64,000 nucleotides of DNA from Minisyncoccota bacterium (GTDB lineage: Bacteria; Patescibacteriota; Minisyncoccia; Phycocordibacterales; JABAAK01). The notes under the pieces are model-generated. The model ran no database searches and was not told the DNA's origin. It saw nothing but the letters and a program-made list of their open reading frames with translations. The DNA is taken from positions 594,026 through 658,025 of the forward strand of contig OY282360.1 of assembly GCA_958295675.1 (NCBI GenBank). The letters run 5' to 3'. The first letter of the stretch is position 1. Every line of letters starts with the position of its first letter. Positions 50,414 to 60,977 of the stretch are shown here, one piece after another. Made by a program: the position numbers and the translations under genes.

Positions 50414-51019
50414 ATGAAAAAAGAGGAAAACGCGAATACAGAACAGAATGCACAGGGAAATGTTGTGATTGTCGCGGGTATACTCTGCGGACTCCTTGTT
50501 TGGTTTTTCGGATTCCGACCGTTTTTGGTGGACGGAGCATCTATGTACCCGTCATTTAACACCGCCATTGCTGAAGAAACAAAGGATAATATTCCTATTA
50601 TTAAAGGCGATTATCTCATCATTGATATATTCTCTTACCTCTTCCGCAAAGACCCGGAACGATTTGATGTAGTCGTGTTCAGAAGTCCTATAGAGCCGAA
50701 ACGGTACCTGCTGAAACGCATCATCGGACTGCCGAATGAGCAAGTGCATCTTTCCGGAAGCAATATTACAATAACAAAAGCGGACGAAACAACGCTGGCA
50801 CTTAATGAACCGTACATCAATCAAGAAGAAATTATAGTGTATAAGAAACAGACGGTAGCACTGGGCAAGAATCAGTATTTCCTGCTGGGTGACAACAGGA
50901 CAAACAGTTTAGATTCGCGTGTGTGGGGAAGTTTAGAAAAAGATAACATCATCGGCAAAGTCATCTTGCGTCTCTATCCGTTCAGTGAAGCAGGCACATA
51001 TCCGGGTGAGTACAAATAA
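50414..51019 (+). CDS. lepB: Signal peptidase I
   Basis: N-terminal TM, GASMYPSF (catalytic Ser), KRIIGLPNE (catalytic Lys box), and GDNRTNSLDSR. Confidence 0.8.
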   Translation: MKKEENANTEQNAQGNVVIVAGILCGLLVWFFGFRPFLVDGASMYPSFNTAIAEETKDNIPIIKGDYLIIDIFSYLFRKDPERFDVVVFRSPIEPKRYLLKRIIGLPNEQVHLSGSNITITKADETTLALNEPYINQEEIIVYKKQTVALGKNQYFLLGDNRTNSLDSRVWGSLEKDNIIGKVILRLYPFSEAGTYPGEYK

Positions 51020-51085
51020 CATATTACACAATCATACTACATAACATTGACAGCAGCCCATTACCCGACTATTATTTGAGTGTAT

Positions 51086-52261
51086 ATGAGCTTTTCAGAA
51101 ATAACATCAGAAAAATTTTTTGATCGGGCATACAAAACGGCACAAGCATACGGTTTCGTTCCGGCAAATGCTCTCATTGCCGAATACAAGGGGAGCAAAA
51201 GAAAAAAAATAACAACATACAAAAAAACAGATAACAGAAATCTGCAACATCTATCAACACTGCTTCAATTTATTTTTGAGCGGCAGATTAACGCGGTTGA
51301 TAATCCGCTGTATATCTTTCACAGCAATATTGATTCAGAGACAAAGTCAGCAGTAACAAACTCAAAAAAACCGGACAAAACATACTGCACGCTTTCCGTG
51401 ATAGGAATACCGGAACCGTATGCTGAAGCGATCATTCTCTCCTGCGCGCACCGTATTTTTAAATCGCTCAAATCAAAACAGAATATAATCCGCATTAATT
51501 CAATGGGGACGCGCGAAGATTCAAAGGAATATTTCTCCCGATTAGGGAAAACACTGAGAAAAGTGAAAAAAAACATACGGCCGGAATGTAAAAGAATGCT
51601 TGATCGCAACCAATTGGTGGACGCGCACGCGCTGCTGCACGACGAAGACCACGCCGGTGTTTCCGAATACATCACACCGACACTGCGATTGCTTTCGGAC
51701 GGTGCCAGAATACATTTTGAAAAAGTCATAGAGTACCTGGAAGCGCATGAATTACCGTATGAATTCGCGCCGGACCTGGTTGAACTCACTCAGCACGGTA
51801 TTCACACCATCTTTGAGGTGAGCACAGAGGACTCGCCGCTGCATGCTCACGGCGGTCGCTATGACACACTTCCCTTTCTTATGTACCGCCGCAGGGTGCC
51901 GGTCGCTTCAATCACCATAACACTGCCGGAAAAAACAACCGGAACATATATAGCAAATAAAAGAAACAGAAAGCCGAAAGCGTTTTTCGTTCATGCGGGA
52001 GACAAGGCGCGTCTGCGCGCGCTGCGGGTGCTTTCACAACTCTGTGATTCAAATATTCCGGTCGCGCACCGCCTTCATTGCAAAAAAGTATCCGAACAAC
52101 TGAACGAAGAGGCGATGAAGTACCCGTGTACTATTATCTTCGGACAGGAAGAAGCAGAAAATAATACAATCTGCATACGAAAAACAGATACGCGTGTGTC
52201 AAAAACAATGTGTCTTGATGAATGCACTCTTGAGGACATTAAGAGTTTTCTGCGTAAATAA
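51086..52261 (+). CDS. hisS: Histidyl-tRNA synthetase-like class II protein with anticodon-binding domain but a poorly conserved motif 2
   Basis: INSMG (HisRS signature after motif 2). GGRYDTL (HisRS motif 3 / His-binding region). C-terminal HGTP_anticodon-like domain. The motif-2 arginine loop is not recognisable. Confidence 0.5.
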   Translation: MSFSEITSEKFFDRAYKTAQAYGFVPANALIAEYKGSKRKKITTYKKTDNRNLQHLSTLLQFIFERQINAVDNPLYIFHSNIDSETKSAVTNSKKPDKTYCTLSVIGIPEPYAEAIILSCAHRIFKSLKSKQNIIRINSMGTREDSKEYFSRLGKTLRKVKKNIRPECKRMLDRNQLVDAHALLHDEDHAGVSEYITPTLRLLSDGARIHFEKVIEYLEAHELPYEFAPDLVELTQHGIHTIFEVSTEDSPLHAHGGRYDTLPFLMYRRRVPVASITITLPEKTTGTYIANKRNRKPKAFFVHAGDKARLRALRVLSQLCDSNIPVAHRLHCKKVSEQLNEEAMKYPCTIIFGQEEAENNTICIRKTDTRVSKTMCLDECTLEDIKSFLRK

Positions 52262-52323
52262 AAAACATACATACACAGCTGTTATTGCAACCGCGCCCTT
52301 TTGCTGATATACTACCCTGCATT

Positions 52324-52575
52324 ATGACAGACACTGTAATTATGGTAAAAAAACAGGACGAAAACGCGCCGTCGCTTTACAGACGGTTCGTAAAACATTT
52401 TCGTTCATCAGGTATACAGACATCAGTGAAACGGAACAAATTCCATGATCGCAAACCGTCAAAAAATGTCAGGAGAAAGGACTGCATCAACCGTCTGGAA
52501 CAGAGAAAGAAGTATGAGGAAGCATATCGCCTCGGAAAGATACAATCTCCCCACAAACACAAAAACCGTGGCTAA
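52324..52575 (+). CDS. rpsU: 30S ribosomal protein S21
   Basis: VIMVKKQDENAPSLYRRFVKHFRSSGI aligns to S21 [26 protein letters not shown]. Basic C-terminal tail. The 3' end overlaps the ybeY start. Confidence 0.55.
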   Translation: MTDTVIMVKKQDENAPSLYRRFVKHFRSSGIQTSVKRNKFHDRKPSKNVRRKDCINRLEQRKKYEEAYRLGKIQSPHKHKNRG

Positions 52576-52966
52576 ACATTCATTGCGCATATTCAACGAA
52601 ACCGGCATTCGGGTACCGAGAAAAAAAATAGTCGCCATATATGACAACCTGCTGAAAAAGAAATATCCGCTGAATATCATATGTATTAATGACGCATTTT
52701 CGCGAAAATTGAACAAAACTTACAGAAAAAAGAATGAAGCGACGAACATTCTCACTTTTCCGGCGAATAATACACCTACAGGAACCTCTGCTGCGGAGAT
52801 GTATATAAATATGGATAGAGTTCTCCGGGAAGCAAAAAAGACAGATACAACACCGACGCGGCAGATTATATTTCTCGCCATCCACGGCATGCTGCACCTC
52901 CTCGGACACAAACACGGCAATGTCATGGAGCATCTGGAGGATGTATACACCAAAAAATTTATGTAA
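52514..52966 (+). CDS. ybeY: Endoribonuclease YbeY
   Basis: HGMLHLLGHKH metal-binding motif (HGxLHLLGYDH consensus) and size of about 150 aa. Confidence 0.7.
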   Translation: MRKHIASERYNLPTNTKTVAKHSLRIFNETGIRVPRKKIVAIYDNLLKKKYPLNIICINDAFSRKLNKTYRKKNEATNILTFPANNTPTGTSAAEMYINMDRVLREAKKTDTTPTRQIIFLAIHGMLHLLGHKHGNVMEHLEDVYTKKFM

Positions 52967-52976
52967 TCATACAAGT

Positions 52977-54185
52977 ATGAAGCAAAAAGCACAGAATATC
53001 GTTATCCTTGATATCGGCAGTGCCAACCTAAAAGGATTGCTCGGATCTTTTAACAATGAAACATCAGAAAAAAAAGCATTTTTTGAACTGCAAGGCGCGG
53101 TACACAGAACAAACGGTCTCTCAAACGACGGCATTGTGAGAAACAAAAAAATGCTGAGCGAATCTGTTGAGCATGTATGCGAGACACTCAGTTCGTTTTC
53201 AGGATACGATATAGAAAATATATATGTACTGCATACGAACCCGAATACACGCCTGTTGACAAAAACAATAGGAATAAACGCGGTCAAAAACCCTGAAGGT
53301 GTGTATATAACCGAAGAATGGATCAGAGACAAACAGGAACGCATAAAAACGCTTATCACAAAAACATACAAACAGGAAGTATGCACATACTTCACCATCC
53401 AATCCATCATCGCCGACGGAGAAGAGATCATACACGACAATCCGTACGAGCATGTTGCAACCGGTTCAATTCAGATCACATATAGTTTTACACTCACCCC
53501 GGCAATCTTCACTGAAAATATGCGGGAAAGTATTGAAAAAGTGGCGAACACGAAATTGATTCAACCGACTGCCATAGCAAACGGATTTTTTCTGACAAAC
53601 AGACAAAGAGAGCGCGGAGCAATTCTGTGCGACATCGGAGCGAACTTTACCGCCATCACTGTATGCAGGGACAATACCATCATCGGTATACACACTATCC
53701 CGTTCGGCGGCAACACCATCACTGATATAATAGCGCTGAAACAAAAAATAGCAATAGAAGAGGCGGAAGAACTGAAATGCGTGCTGCGCGATGAAAAAAC
53801 GATGCTCAAAAAAAGAGACACACAATCTGTTAATAAAAAAATAACGGATATTCTCAAAAAAAACTTGACACCATATATACATCGGATAGATCCGAAAAAG
53901 AATTTTCCGGGCGGTATCGTTCTCATCGGTGGCGGATCACGCTATCCGTATATGGAGCAGATAATTGAAAAACTGACAGGATTACATGCAGTACGGGCAA
54001 AATCATCATTCCACATCCAAAGCCAGCGGCATAACACACAGGACACATGGCAGTCCGCCTATGCCATGCTCCAGTCACTTGCCGCACAAACAACAAATAC
54101 AGGATTTATAAAACAGCAAAAACAGAATGCGTGGTGGCATCAACCGATTAATTGGATGAATAAAATATCACGAATGATACACTAA
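52977..54185 (+). CDS. ftsA: Cell division protein FtsA-like (actin-fold ATPase)
   Basis: N-terminus IVILDIGSANLKGLL (phosphate-1 motif). Actin-like fold length. Immediately upstream of ftsZ. Confidence 0.6.
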   Translation: MKQKAQNIVILDIGSANLKGLLGSFNNETSEKKAFFELQGAVHRTNGLSNDGIVRNKKMLSESVEHVCETLSSFSGYDIENIYVLHTNPNTRLLTKTIGINAVKNPEGVYITEEWIRDKQERIKTLITKTYKQEVCTYFTIQSIIADGEEIIHDNPYEHVATGSIQITYSFTLTPAIFTENMRESIEKVANTKLIQPTAIANGFFLTNRQRERGAILCDIGANFTAITVCRDNTIIGIHTIPFGGNTITDIIALKQKIAIEEAEELKCVLRDEKTMLKKRDTQSVNKKITDILKKNLTPYIHRIDPKKNFPGGIVLIGGGSRYPYMEQIIEKLTGLHAVRAKSSFHIQSQRHNTQDTWQSAYAMLQSLAAQTTNTGFIKQQKQNAWWHQPINWMNKISRMIH

Positions 54186-54417
54186 CATCCGTCAATCTTG
54201 CGAAATAGGCATATATCCCACTATAACCTAATATCCGGTAAAACAGTTGTTGTGAACAAAGCGTGAAAATAAACAGAGGAGGATTTATTAACTTTTTTGA
54301 TATAATTTGATATAAAACGGTGTAATAGGTGAGTATCGTTAGGGTGTCAGGGGATACACCTCGCGGAATAAGCGTTGAACTGGTGAATATATTCTGTTTG
54401 GTGTATAGTGTCTGTAT

Positions 54418-55596
54418 ATGAAAAAGGTTGAAGCACCGACAAGCGAGACATTTGCCAGAATTCGTGTCATAGGTGTCGGTGGATCGGGGAAAAACGCCAC
54501 AAATCATATGATAAAAATCGGAGTTCCGGGCGTTGAATTCATCGCGGCAAACACCGATGCACAGGATTTACAATACTCAAAAGCGGAAAAGAAGATACAC
54601 CTCGGCAAACGAACCACCAAAGGACTGGGAACCGGTATGAATCCGATATTGGGCAAGACCGCGGGAGAAGAATCCCTTGCCGAGGTCAACGAAATGCTGA
54701 AAGGTGGTGATTTGGCGTTCATTGCCTGCGGCATGGGCGGCGGCACCGGCACCGGTGCGGCCCCTGTCATAGCAAAAGCGGCAATGGATCTGGATATACT
54801 CACTGTCGCGGTGGTAACCAAACCGTTCACTTTTGAAGGCGGAAAACGGCGGACACTTGCTGAGGATGGGATTAAAGAATTAGCGCGAAACACGGATTCC
54901 ATGGTTATCATCCCGAACGACAACATCCTGTCCATAGCTGATGACAAAACAACTATGGCGGATGCGTTTGTTCTGAGCGATACCGTACTGTTACAGGCGG
55001 TCAGCGGTATATCCCAGCTCATTATGAAACCGGGCGATATCAATATTGATTTTGCGGATATACGAGCCATTTTAGAAGGATCCGGCATTTCATTGCTCGG
55101 ACTTGGTATCGGACGGGGCGTGAATAAGGCGGAAATAGCGGTGACACGGGCGGTGTCTTCCCCGCTCCTTGAAACATCAATCAAAGGTGCGAAACGCGTG
55201 CTTTTTTCTATCGCATCAAAATCACGAAATGAAATCACAATGCAGGAAGTACGAACTATAGCAGAACGAATAACGGAATCAGTTGATCCGGATGCGAAAA
55301 TAATTTTCGGAACTTCAACGGATAGAGATTTAAGGCAGGGTGAAATCCGTGTTACATTGATAGCAACTGCTTTTGACCAAAAAGAATCACCGGAAGTAAA
55401 AACAGAAAAAATAACCGAAGAGGAAGAATCAAAGAAAATAGAAAAGACACCTGAACGATTGAGAAACTTTACAATAGAGGACAGCAGTTTGGAAGACGAA
55501 ATCATACTCGGAGACGAAATAATTGACGACGGGGTTGAGGATAACAACATTGAAAAAGATACACCGAAATGGAAAAAGTTATGGAACAAAAAGTAG
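54418..55596 (+). CDS. ftsZ: Cell division GTPase FtsZ
   Basis: GVGGSGKNA and GGGTGTGAAPVIAKAA tubulin-signature motifs. Acidic C-terminal tail. Confidence 0.9.
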   Translation: MKKVEAPTSETFARIRVIGVGGSGKNATNHMIKIGVPGVEFIAANTDAQDLQYSKAEKKIHLGKRTTKGLGTGMNPILGKTAGEESLAEVNEMLKGGDLAFIACGMGGGTGTGAAPVIAKAAMDLDILTVAVVTKPFTFEGGKRRTLAEDGIKELARNTDSMVIIPNDNILSIADDKTTMADAFVLSDTVLLQAVSGISQLIMKPGDINIDFADIRAILEGSGISLLGLGIGRGVNKAEIAVTRAVSSPLLETSIKGAKRVLFSIASKSRNEITMQEVRTIAERITESVDPDAKIIFGTSTDRDLRQGEIRVTLIATAFDQKESPEVKTEKITEEEESKKIEKTPERLRNFTIEDSSLEDEIILGDEIIDDGVEDNNIEKDTPKWKKLWNKK

Positions 55597-56504
55597 AACT
55601 ATTGATAATAGGTGCCGGACCCGCGGGAACTGCGGCTGGCGTGTATGCGGCACGCAAATATCTCAAAACACTCCTGATAACAGAAACATACGGCGGTCAG
55701 AGCACGGTATCACCGGATATAAGAAACTGGATAGGAACACCGAGTGTCAGCGGAAATGACCTCGCAAAAGCATTCAAGGCACACCTTAAGGATTATGAGG
55801 GCGATATACTTTCAGTTATTGAGACCAAAGTCACCGGTATAAAAAAAGAGGGTGACGGGTGGAAAGCAGCTTTGGAAAACGGTGATACCGTCACCGCGGA
55901 AACACTCCTGCTTGCCGCCGGTGCGGACAGACGGCGGCTCACGGTTCCCGGAGCGGATGAATTTGAACACAAGGGACTTACCTATTGCGCATCATGCGAC
56001 GGACCGCTGTTCGCGGAAAAAGATGTGGTGGTTATCGGCGGCGGTAACGCCGGTTTTGAAACGGCTGCGCAATTATTAGCATATGCGAAAAGTGTCACAC
56101 TCCTTCACCGCAGTAACACATACCGAGCGGACCCAATTACCGTTAAAAAAGTTCTTGACCATTCAAATATGACCGGCATAACAAACGCAAATATTACCGC
56201 CGTGCTGGGAGACGGATTGGTAACAGGTATCACATACGAAAAAGACGGGAAAGAGGAAAAACTCGCCGTTGAAGGTGTATTTGTTGAAATCGGTCTGATA
56301 CCGTCAACCGAGATTGTTCGCGGGTTGCTGGATATGGATGAGATACGCAGAGTTGTGGTTGATCCGAAAACACAACAGACAAGCGATAAAAGAGCATGGG
56401 CGGCCGGAGATTGCAGTGACGGCATGTTTCATCAGAATAATATAGCCGCGGGAGATGCAGTGAAAGCATTGGAACACATTTATCTTACACTTCGGGCGAA
56501 ATAG
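55581..56504 (+). CDS. trxB: Thioredoxin reductase
   Basis: ELLIIGAGPAGTAAGVYAARK (FAD site), CASCDG redox-active disulfide, and a second GGGNAG nucleotide-binding site. Confidence 0.8.
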   Translation: MEQKVELLIIGAGPAGTAAGVYAARKYLKTLLITETYGGQSTVSPDIRNWIGTPSVSGNDLAKAFKAHLKDYEGDILSVIETKVTGIKKEGDGWKAALENGDTVTAETLLLAAGADRRRLTVPGADEFEHKGLTYCASCDGPLFAEKDVVVIGGGNAGFETAAQLLAYAKSVTLLHRSNTYRADPITVKKVLDHSNMTGITNANITAVLGDGLVTGITYEKDGKEEKLAVEGVFVEIGLIPSTEIVRGLLDMDEIRRVVVDPKTQQTSDKRAWAAGDCSDGMFHQNNIAAGDAVKALEHIYLTLRAK

Positions 56505-58659
56505 CATCAGGCCACGACTCAATCATAATCAAATCATACTTCTTATACCCATCCTTCGGAATATGCGCCCACACTGCCTCCGTCAAAAACGGCATAAACG
56601 GATGCAGTACCCGAAGCGACTCGGTATACACACTCATCAACAGCGCTTTCTTTGACCGTTTCACGGCATCATCATCCCCGTTAAGCGCAGTTTTACTTTC
56701 CTCAACAACAGTATCGGCAAAGGTGTGCCATATATAATGATATATCTTCTCGCCCGCCAGGTGATAACGGTATTGCTCCATATCATCTGTAATTTCAGCA
56801 ACAAGCGAACGCCATGCGCGCAGCACTGTCTTATCTCCATCAACCAACAACATATTGTCGGTATCAGCATCAGCGGCTTCAGAAAGCACAAACCGTCCGA
56901 TGTTCCACACCTTATTCGCAAATTTTTTATATCCGCGTATTTTGTCCGTTGAAAAATTGATGCTGTCACCCGGCACATTTCCCGCAATATATGCCATCCG
57001 CAGCGCATCTGTGCCGTACTCGCCGGCAACCGTAACAGGGTCAATTACATTCCCTTTTGACTTGCTCATCTTCTCGCCCTTTTCGTCCCGAACCATACCG
57101 TGCAGATACACGCGCCGAAACGGAACCTTGCCGGTGCGGTACAGACCGAGCATAATCATGCGCAACACCCAAAAAAACAAAATATCATGTCCGGTCTCAA
57201 TCACATCGGTCGGATACCGCTTTGCATAATCCGCGCCGTCAGGATAACCGAGCGCAATGAACGGCAGCTGCCCGGACGAGAACCATGTATCAAAAGTGTC
57301 CGCATCCGGCGTGACCTCGCCGCCACACTCCGTGCAGGAATGTATCGTATCCTCAATATCAACCATACCGTGACCGCATTTGACGCACAATTTCGCGGGA
57401 ATGGAGATGCCCCACACAATCTGACGGGAAATGTTCCAGTCCTGAATATTCTCCAGCCAATGCAACGCAATTCGTTTATACCGCTCTGTAACAAATGACA
57501 CATCATTATTCTCAATTGCGGATACCGCTTTTTTTGCCAGCGGTTTCATACGGATAAACCATTGCTTTTTCAGTTGCGGTTCAATCTCCCGACCACACTT
57601 ATAGCAGGTCGGCACAGTGTGGGTGTACGATTCATCAACACGCGTAAGCAACCCTTTCTTTTGCATCATTTCAACAATCTTCCCGCGCGCATCACGAATA
57701 TCCATACCGGCAAACTCACCGGCAACAGGCAGCAATTTTCCTCGATCATCAATAATCTGCTCATACGCCAAACCGTGCCGCTGCGCTATCTCCCAATCAA
57801 CCGCCGAATGCCAAGGTGTGATAGTCATAGCACCGCTTCCCTTTTCAGGATCACTTGCTTCATCCTTTATCACGGTCGCTGTAATCGGTCCGTTCATCCA
57901 CTCAACTGCAATGGTTTGTCCGTGCTCATACGCGCTATACCGCTCATCATCCGGATGCACTACCACATACTTATCACCGAATTTGGTCTCGGGACGGACA
58001 GTGCCGATAACAAACGGTCCGTACTGAAAGTAGTAAAATGGATCCATCCGCTCTTCGTATACCAATTCAAGATCTGAAAAACCTGTCTGATGTTTCGGAC
58101 ACCAATGCGCGGTCCGAAGGTTCCGGTACAGCAAACCGTCCTCCTCAAGCTGGGCAAATGATGTATATACTTCTTTTTTCACCCTATCATCCAGTGTAAA
58201 CACCTCCCGGGACCAATCACAACTCGCGCCGAGTACGCGTAACTGTCCCTGCATCTCCTTCTTATGATCCAGAGTGAATTGCAGCATCTCATCATACAAT
58301 TCTTCACGGGACAAATCAAAACGAGACCGTCCTTCTTTCGCAAGGTATTTCTCGTATACCACTTGTGTCTCAAAACCGGCATGATCGGAGCCGGGAAGCC
58401 ACAGCGAACCCTTGCCGCACATACGATTATACCGAATCATTGTGTCCTGCAGGGTAACAAAGAACGCATGACCGGCATGCAGTAATCCGTTCGCATTTGG
58501 CGGCGGCATAATGACGGTGAACGGCTGACGCTCCTCTCCGGGCAGATTGTCAGGATTAAAGTAGCCGCTTGCTTCCCATGTTTTATACAGCAATTCTTCC
58601 TTTTGAGCGTGATTGTAGGGAGAGAGAAACTCCTCGGGAATATCAAGTGCCCCTTTCAT
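56485..58659 (-). CDS. valS: Valyl-tRNA synthetase, short form (about 724 aa, no long C-terminal coiled-coil extension)
   Basis: HIGH-type motif PPNANGLLHAGHA. TVRPETKFGDKYVVVHPDDERY (ValRS editing-domain signature). KMSKS. The ATG at 58659 (MKGALDIPEEF) was chosen by alignment. Confidence 0.8.
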   Translation of the reverse strand: MKGALDIPEEFLSPYNHAQKEELLYKTWEASGYFNPDNLPGEERQPFTVIMPPPNANGLLHAGHAFFVTLQDTMIRYNRMCGKGSLWLPGSDHAGFETQVVYEKYLAKEGRSRFDLSREELYDEMLQFTLDHKKEMQGQLRVLGASCDWSREVFTLDDRVKKEVYTSFAQLEEDGLLYRNLRTAHWCPKHQTGFSDLELVYEERMDPFYYFQYGPFVIGTVRPETKFGDKYVVVHPDDERYSAYEHGQTIAVEWMNGPITATVIKDEASDPEKGSGAMTITPWHSAVDWEIAQRHGLAYEQIIDDRGKLLPVAGEFAGMDIRDARGKIVEMMQKKGLLTRVDESYTHTVPTCYKCGREIEPQLKKQWFIRMKPLAKKAVSAIENNDVSFVTERYKRIALHWLENIQDWNISRQIVWGISIPAKLCVKCGHGMVDIEDTIHSCTECGGEVTPDADTFDTWFSSGQLPFIALGYPDGADYAKRYPTDVIETGHDILFFWVLRMIMLGLYRTGKVPFRRVYLHGMVRDEKGEKMSKSKGNVIDPVTVAGEYGTDALRMAYIAGNVPGDSINFSTDKIRGYKKFANKVWNIGRFVLSEAADADTDNMLLVDGDKTVLRAWRSLVAEITDDMEQYRYHLAGEKIYHYIWHTFADTVVEESKTALNGDDDAVKRSKKALLMSVYTESLRVLHPFMPFLTEAVWAHIPKDGYKKYDLIMIESWPDAISPEV

Positions 58660-58798
58660 ACAGCACAGTGTAGCATACACAGCAATGAAATCATCGCGCT
58701 CAATATATCTTAAAACAGCACGGAAAAAAAGCGGCAATAAGAAAAATAACGTATACAAGAACAAAAATGTTTGATATATAGGGTACACTACCTTCGGT

Positions 58799-59737
58799 AT
58801 GGCGGATATATGTGAAGAATTGCGGAAACAGTTACATAAGTTGGATACACTGCGGGAATCCTGTGTCTCCACACTTATCAGAGAAGGGGTAGAATCTGAC
58901 ACAACGAAGGAAACAATCAGGAAATTTGATACGCTTGCGGAAGAATTGCGTGATGCTGCGGTATTCTACAGAAAGCCGTATAGTGAGCGTTTGGACGGCA
59001 TAGAGCGTAAAATAAATAATGATGAGAACTTGAATGAGAACTTGACAAAGTGGGAGTGCCGGGTGCTATACTGTGTGGACAATGAGCATCCGAGAAGTTT
59101 CAATACTCGTGAGGGAGAAAGGCAATTTTTTCTAGAGAAAAGGAGAAGTGATATACAAAAGAAACAGGATCTCGCGCTCGCGTTTGACACCATACCTGAT
59201 CGTATTTCCGTGACTAAAGAAGAGGCACTTTCCGGTACCATACGATACCATTACGGTGATCTGTATGACGATGAAATCACCTCAACAAACGGACTCATCT
59301 TGCCGGAAGAGATCAGGGGCAGTCTACACTTCATCTCTCTCACATCCGCAAACAATTTCATTTTTCCGAAGAGGATCGGTACGGATCTAATACTCTCCAA
59401 TCTCACCTCAGCAAAAAATGTCACCCTACCAGAAGAAGTTGGTGTCACTCTAGACCTTGCCAAACTCACTTCCTCCGAGAAATTAACATTACCGGAGAAG
59501 GTCGGCGGCAATTTGGATCTTGGAAGTCTTACTTCTGCTAACAATCTTGCGCTACCGAAGAAAATTGGTGGTATTCTGGATGTCCGCGGTCTTACCACTA
59601 TCCAAGGTATCACCAATTGGCCATCAAATGATGACAGGTTTAACCCGGTTGGAGTGTGTGTAAACAAAAAACTACCACAGAAAGAGAAAGAAGGACTGGA
59701 AAAACGGTATCCGAATCGGGTTATTAATAGTTACTGA
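58799..59737 (+). CDS. Hypothetical protein with five to six tandem ~22-aa leucine-rich-like repeats (L-x-S-L-T-S-A-x-N-x-x-L-P-x-x-I-G-x-x-L-D-L)
   Basis: Repeats ILPEEIRGSLHFISLTSANNF / IFPKRIGTDLILSNLTSAKNV / TLPEEVGVTLDLAKLTSSEKL / TLPEKVGGNLDLGSLTSANNL / ALPKKIGGILDVRGLTTIQGI. Confidence 0.45.
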   Translation: MADICEELRKQLHKLDTLRESCVSTLIREGVESDTTKETIRKFDTLAEELRDAAVFYRKPYSERLDGIERKINNDENLNENLTKWECRVLYCVDNEHPRSFNTREGERQFFLEKRRSDIQKKQDLALAFDTIPDRISVTKEEALSGTIRYHYGDLYDDEITSTNGLILPEEIRGSLHFISLTSANNFIFPKRIGTDLILSNLTSAKNVTLPEEVGVTLDLAKLTSSEKLTLPEKVGGNLDLGSLTSANNLALPKKIGGILDVRGLTTIQGITNWPSNDDRFNPVGVCVNKKLPQKEKEGLEKRYPNRVINSY

Positions 59738-59754
59738 AACGCAGCCATTTCCGT

Positions 59755-60921
59755 TCATTCAATAACATCTTCAGAAACTGGTTCAGTGGATTCATCGGAA
59801 AAACCATCCTCGTGATCATCATCAACGCTTTCAAATTCTTCTTCGTTACTGAAACCGTCATCTTGCTCATCCCCTACATTGTCATCAGACACACCGTCAT
59901 CACCTTCGTTATCATCTCCTTCCAGATCTTCAACACTACCGGCGCGCCCACCGATATATTGATCCCGCACACTGTCAATGTACTTTGCCTTCTTTATAAG
60001 ATGTTGATCGTATGTCTCGCTAAAATAAGTATTTCCGTGGAAATCAGCTAAAAAGAACATATCATCGGATTCAATCGGATTAAGTACCGCCTCTATCGCT
60101 TCCCTGCTCGGATTGCCGATTGGTATGGACGGTATACCCTTGTATTTGTAAGTATTTGAAGGATCATCAATGGTCAAATCACCCTTGCTCAACTGAAAAG
60201 TATGCTTGCCGGCTATAAAAAGAAAAGAGACATCAACCTGCAGCGGTAAATCTTTCTCTAACCGATTAAACAGCACACCCGCTATCCGCCGCCGATCTTC
60301 CTGGCGATTAGCTTCAAGCTCAACAATGGATGCCAATGCGACAATTTCATCCTGTGTAAGCGGTCCTTCATACGATTCAAACAAATCATCAGTCCGGCGT
60401 TTGAATGTCTCTGTCATGACAGCAATAAGATTTTTTGCGGACACACCGTCCGCGGTGAAAAAATAGGTATCGGGATACAGGTAGCCATGCTTGCTGATTG
60501 ATCGCTCTTCGAATTTCTCCCTATCAAAATTGGAAAAACTCTCCTCCAAAATATCAGCGATTTCATAAAGATTGCTTCCCTCGGGGACAGCAATTCGTTT
60601 GAAAGGAGCGTTCTTATCGCCTACATACATTTTCCTCGCCCGCGTAAACACACCCCGCGGCTCAGACAGATGATACGAACCCCACAAAATTTTTCCGCCA
60701 ACGAGATAATTTGAGACAATGAATAAGGTCTGAGAATTAACAATGTGTTTCTCACGCATCTGTTCGGCGATGGTACGGATATTCTCACCCTCAGAAACAA
60801 TGAACACCTGCGGATAGTATGCTCTATCATCCAGAGACGGAGTGAACAGCAGAATACAGAGACAAAAAAGAGTGAACGCAAAACCAAATGCGGTATACCA
60901 AAAAAATGTGGGATGCGACAT
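59755..60921 (-). CDS. mltG: Endolytic murein transglycosylase MltG (YceG family) with a long acidic C-terminal tail
   Basis: N-terminal TM. IAVPEGSNLYEIADILEE and YKGIPSIPIGNPSREAIEAVLNP YceG motifs. The C-terminal ~70 aa are D/E-rich. Confidence 0.7.
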   Translation of the reverse strand: MSHPTFFWYTAFGFAFTLFCLCILLFTPSLDDRAYYPQVFIVSEGENIRTIAEQMREKHIVNSQTLFIVSNYLVGGKILWGSYHLSEPRGVFTRARKMYVGDKNAPFKRIAVPEGSNLYEIADILEESFSNFDREKFEERSISKHGYLYPDTYFFTADGVSAKNLIAVMTETFKRRTDDLFESYEGPLTQDEIVALASIVELEANRQEDRRRIAGVLFNRLEKDLPLQVDVSFLFIAGKHTFQLSKGDLTIDDPSNTYKYKGIPSIPIGNPSREAIEAVLNPIESDDMFFLADFHGNTYFSETYDQHLIKKAKYIDSVRDQYIGGRAGSVEDLEGDDNEGDDGVSDDNVGDEQDDGFSNEEEFESVDDDHEDGFSDESTEPVSEDVIE

Positions 60922-60977
60922 AGTAGTACAAGTATACCCTGTTCATAGAAACACCACGAGGATGTGCAATATAACCG

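Noticed and set aside
54504-55589. 361-aa minus-strand ORF opposite ftsZ
   Set aside because: Antisense to an unmistakable FtsZ. Ser/Pro/Ala-rich translation typical of a GC-skewed shadow frame.
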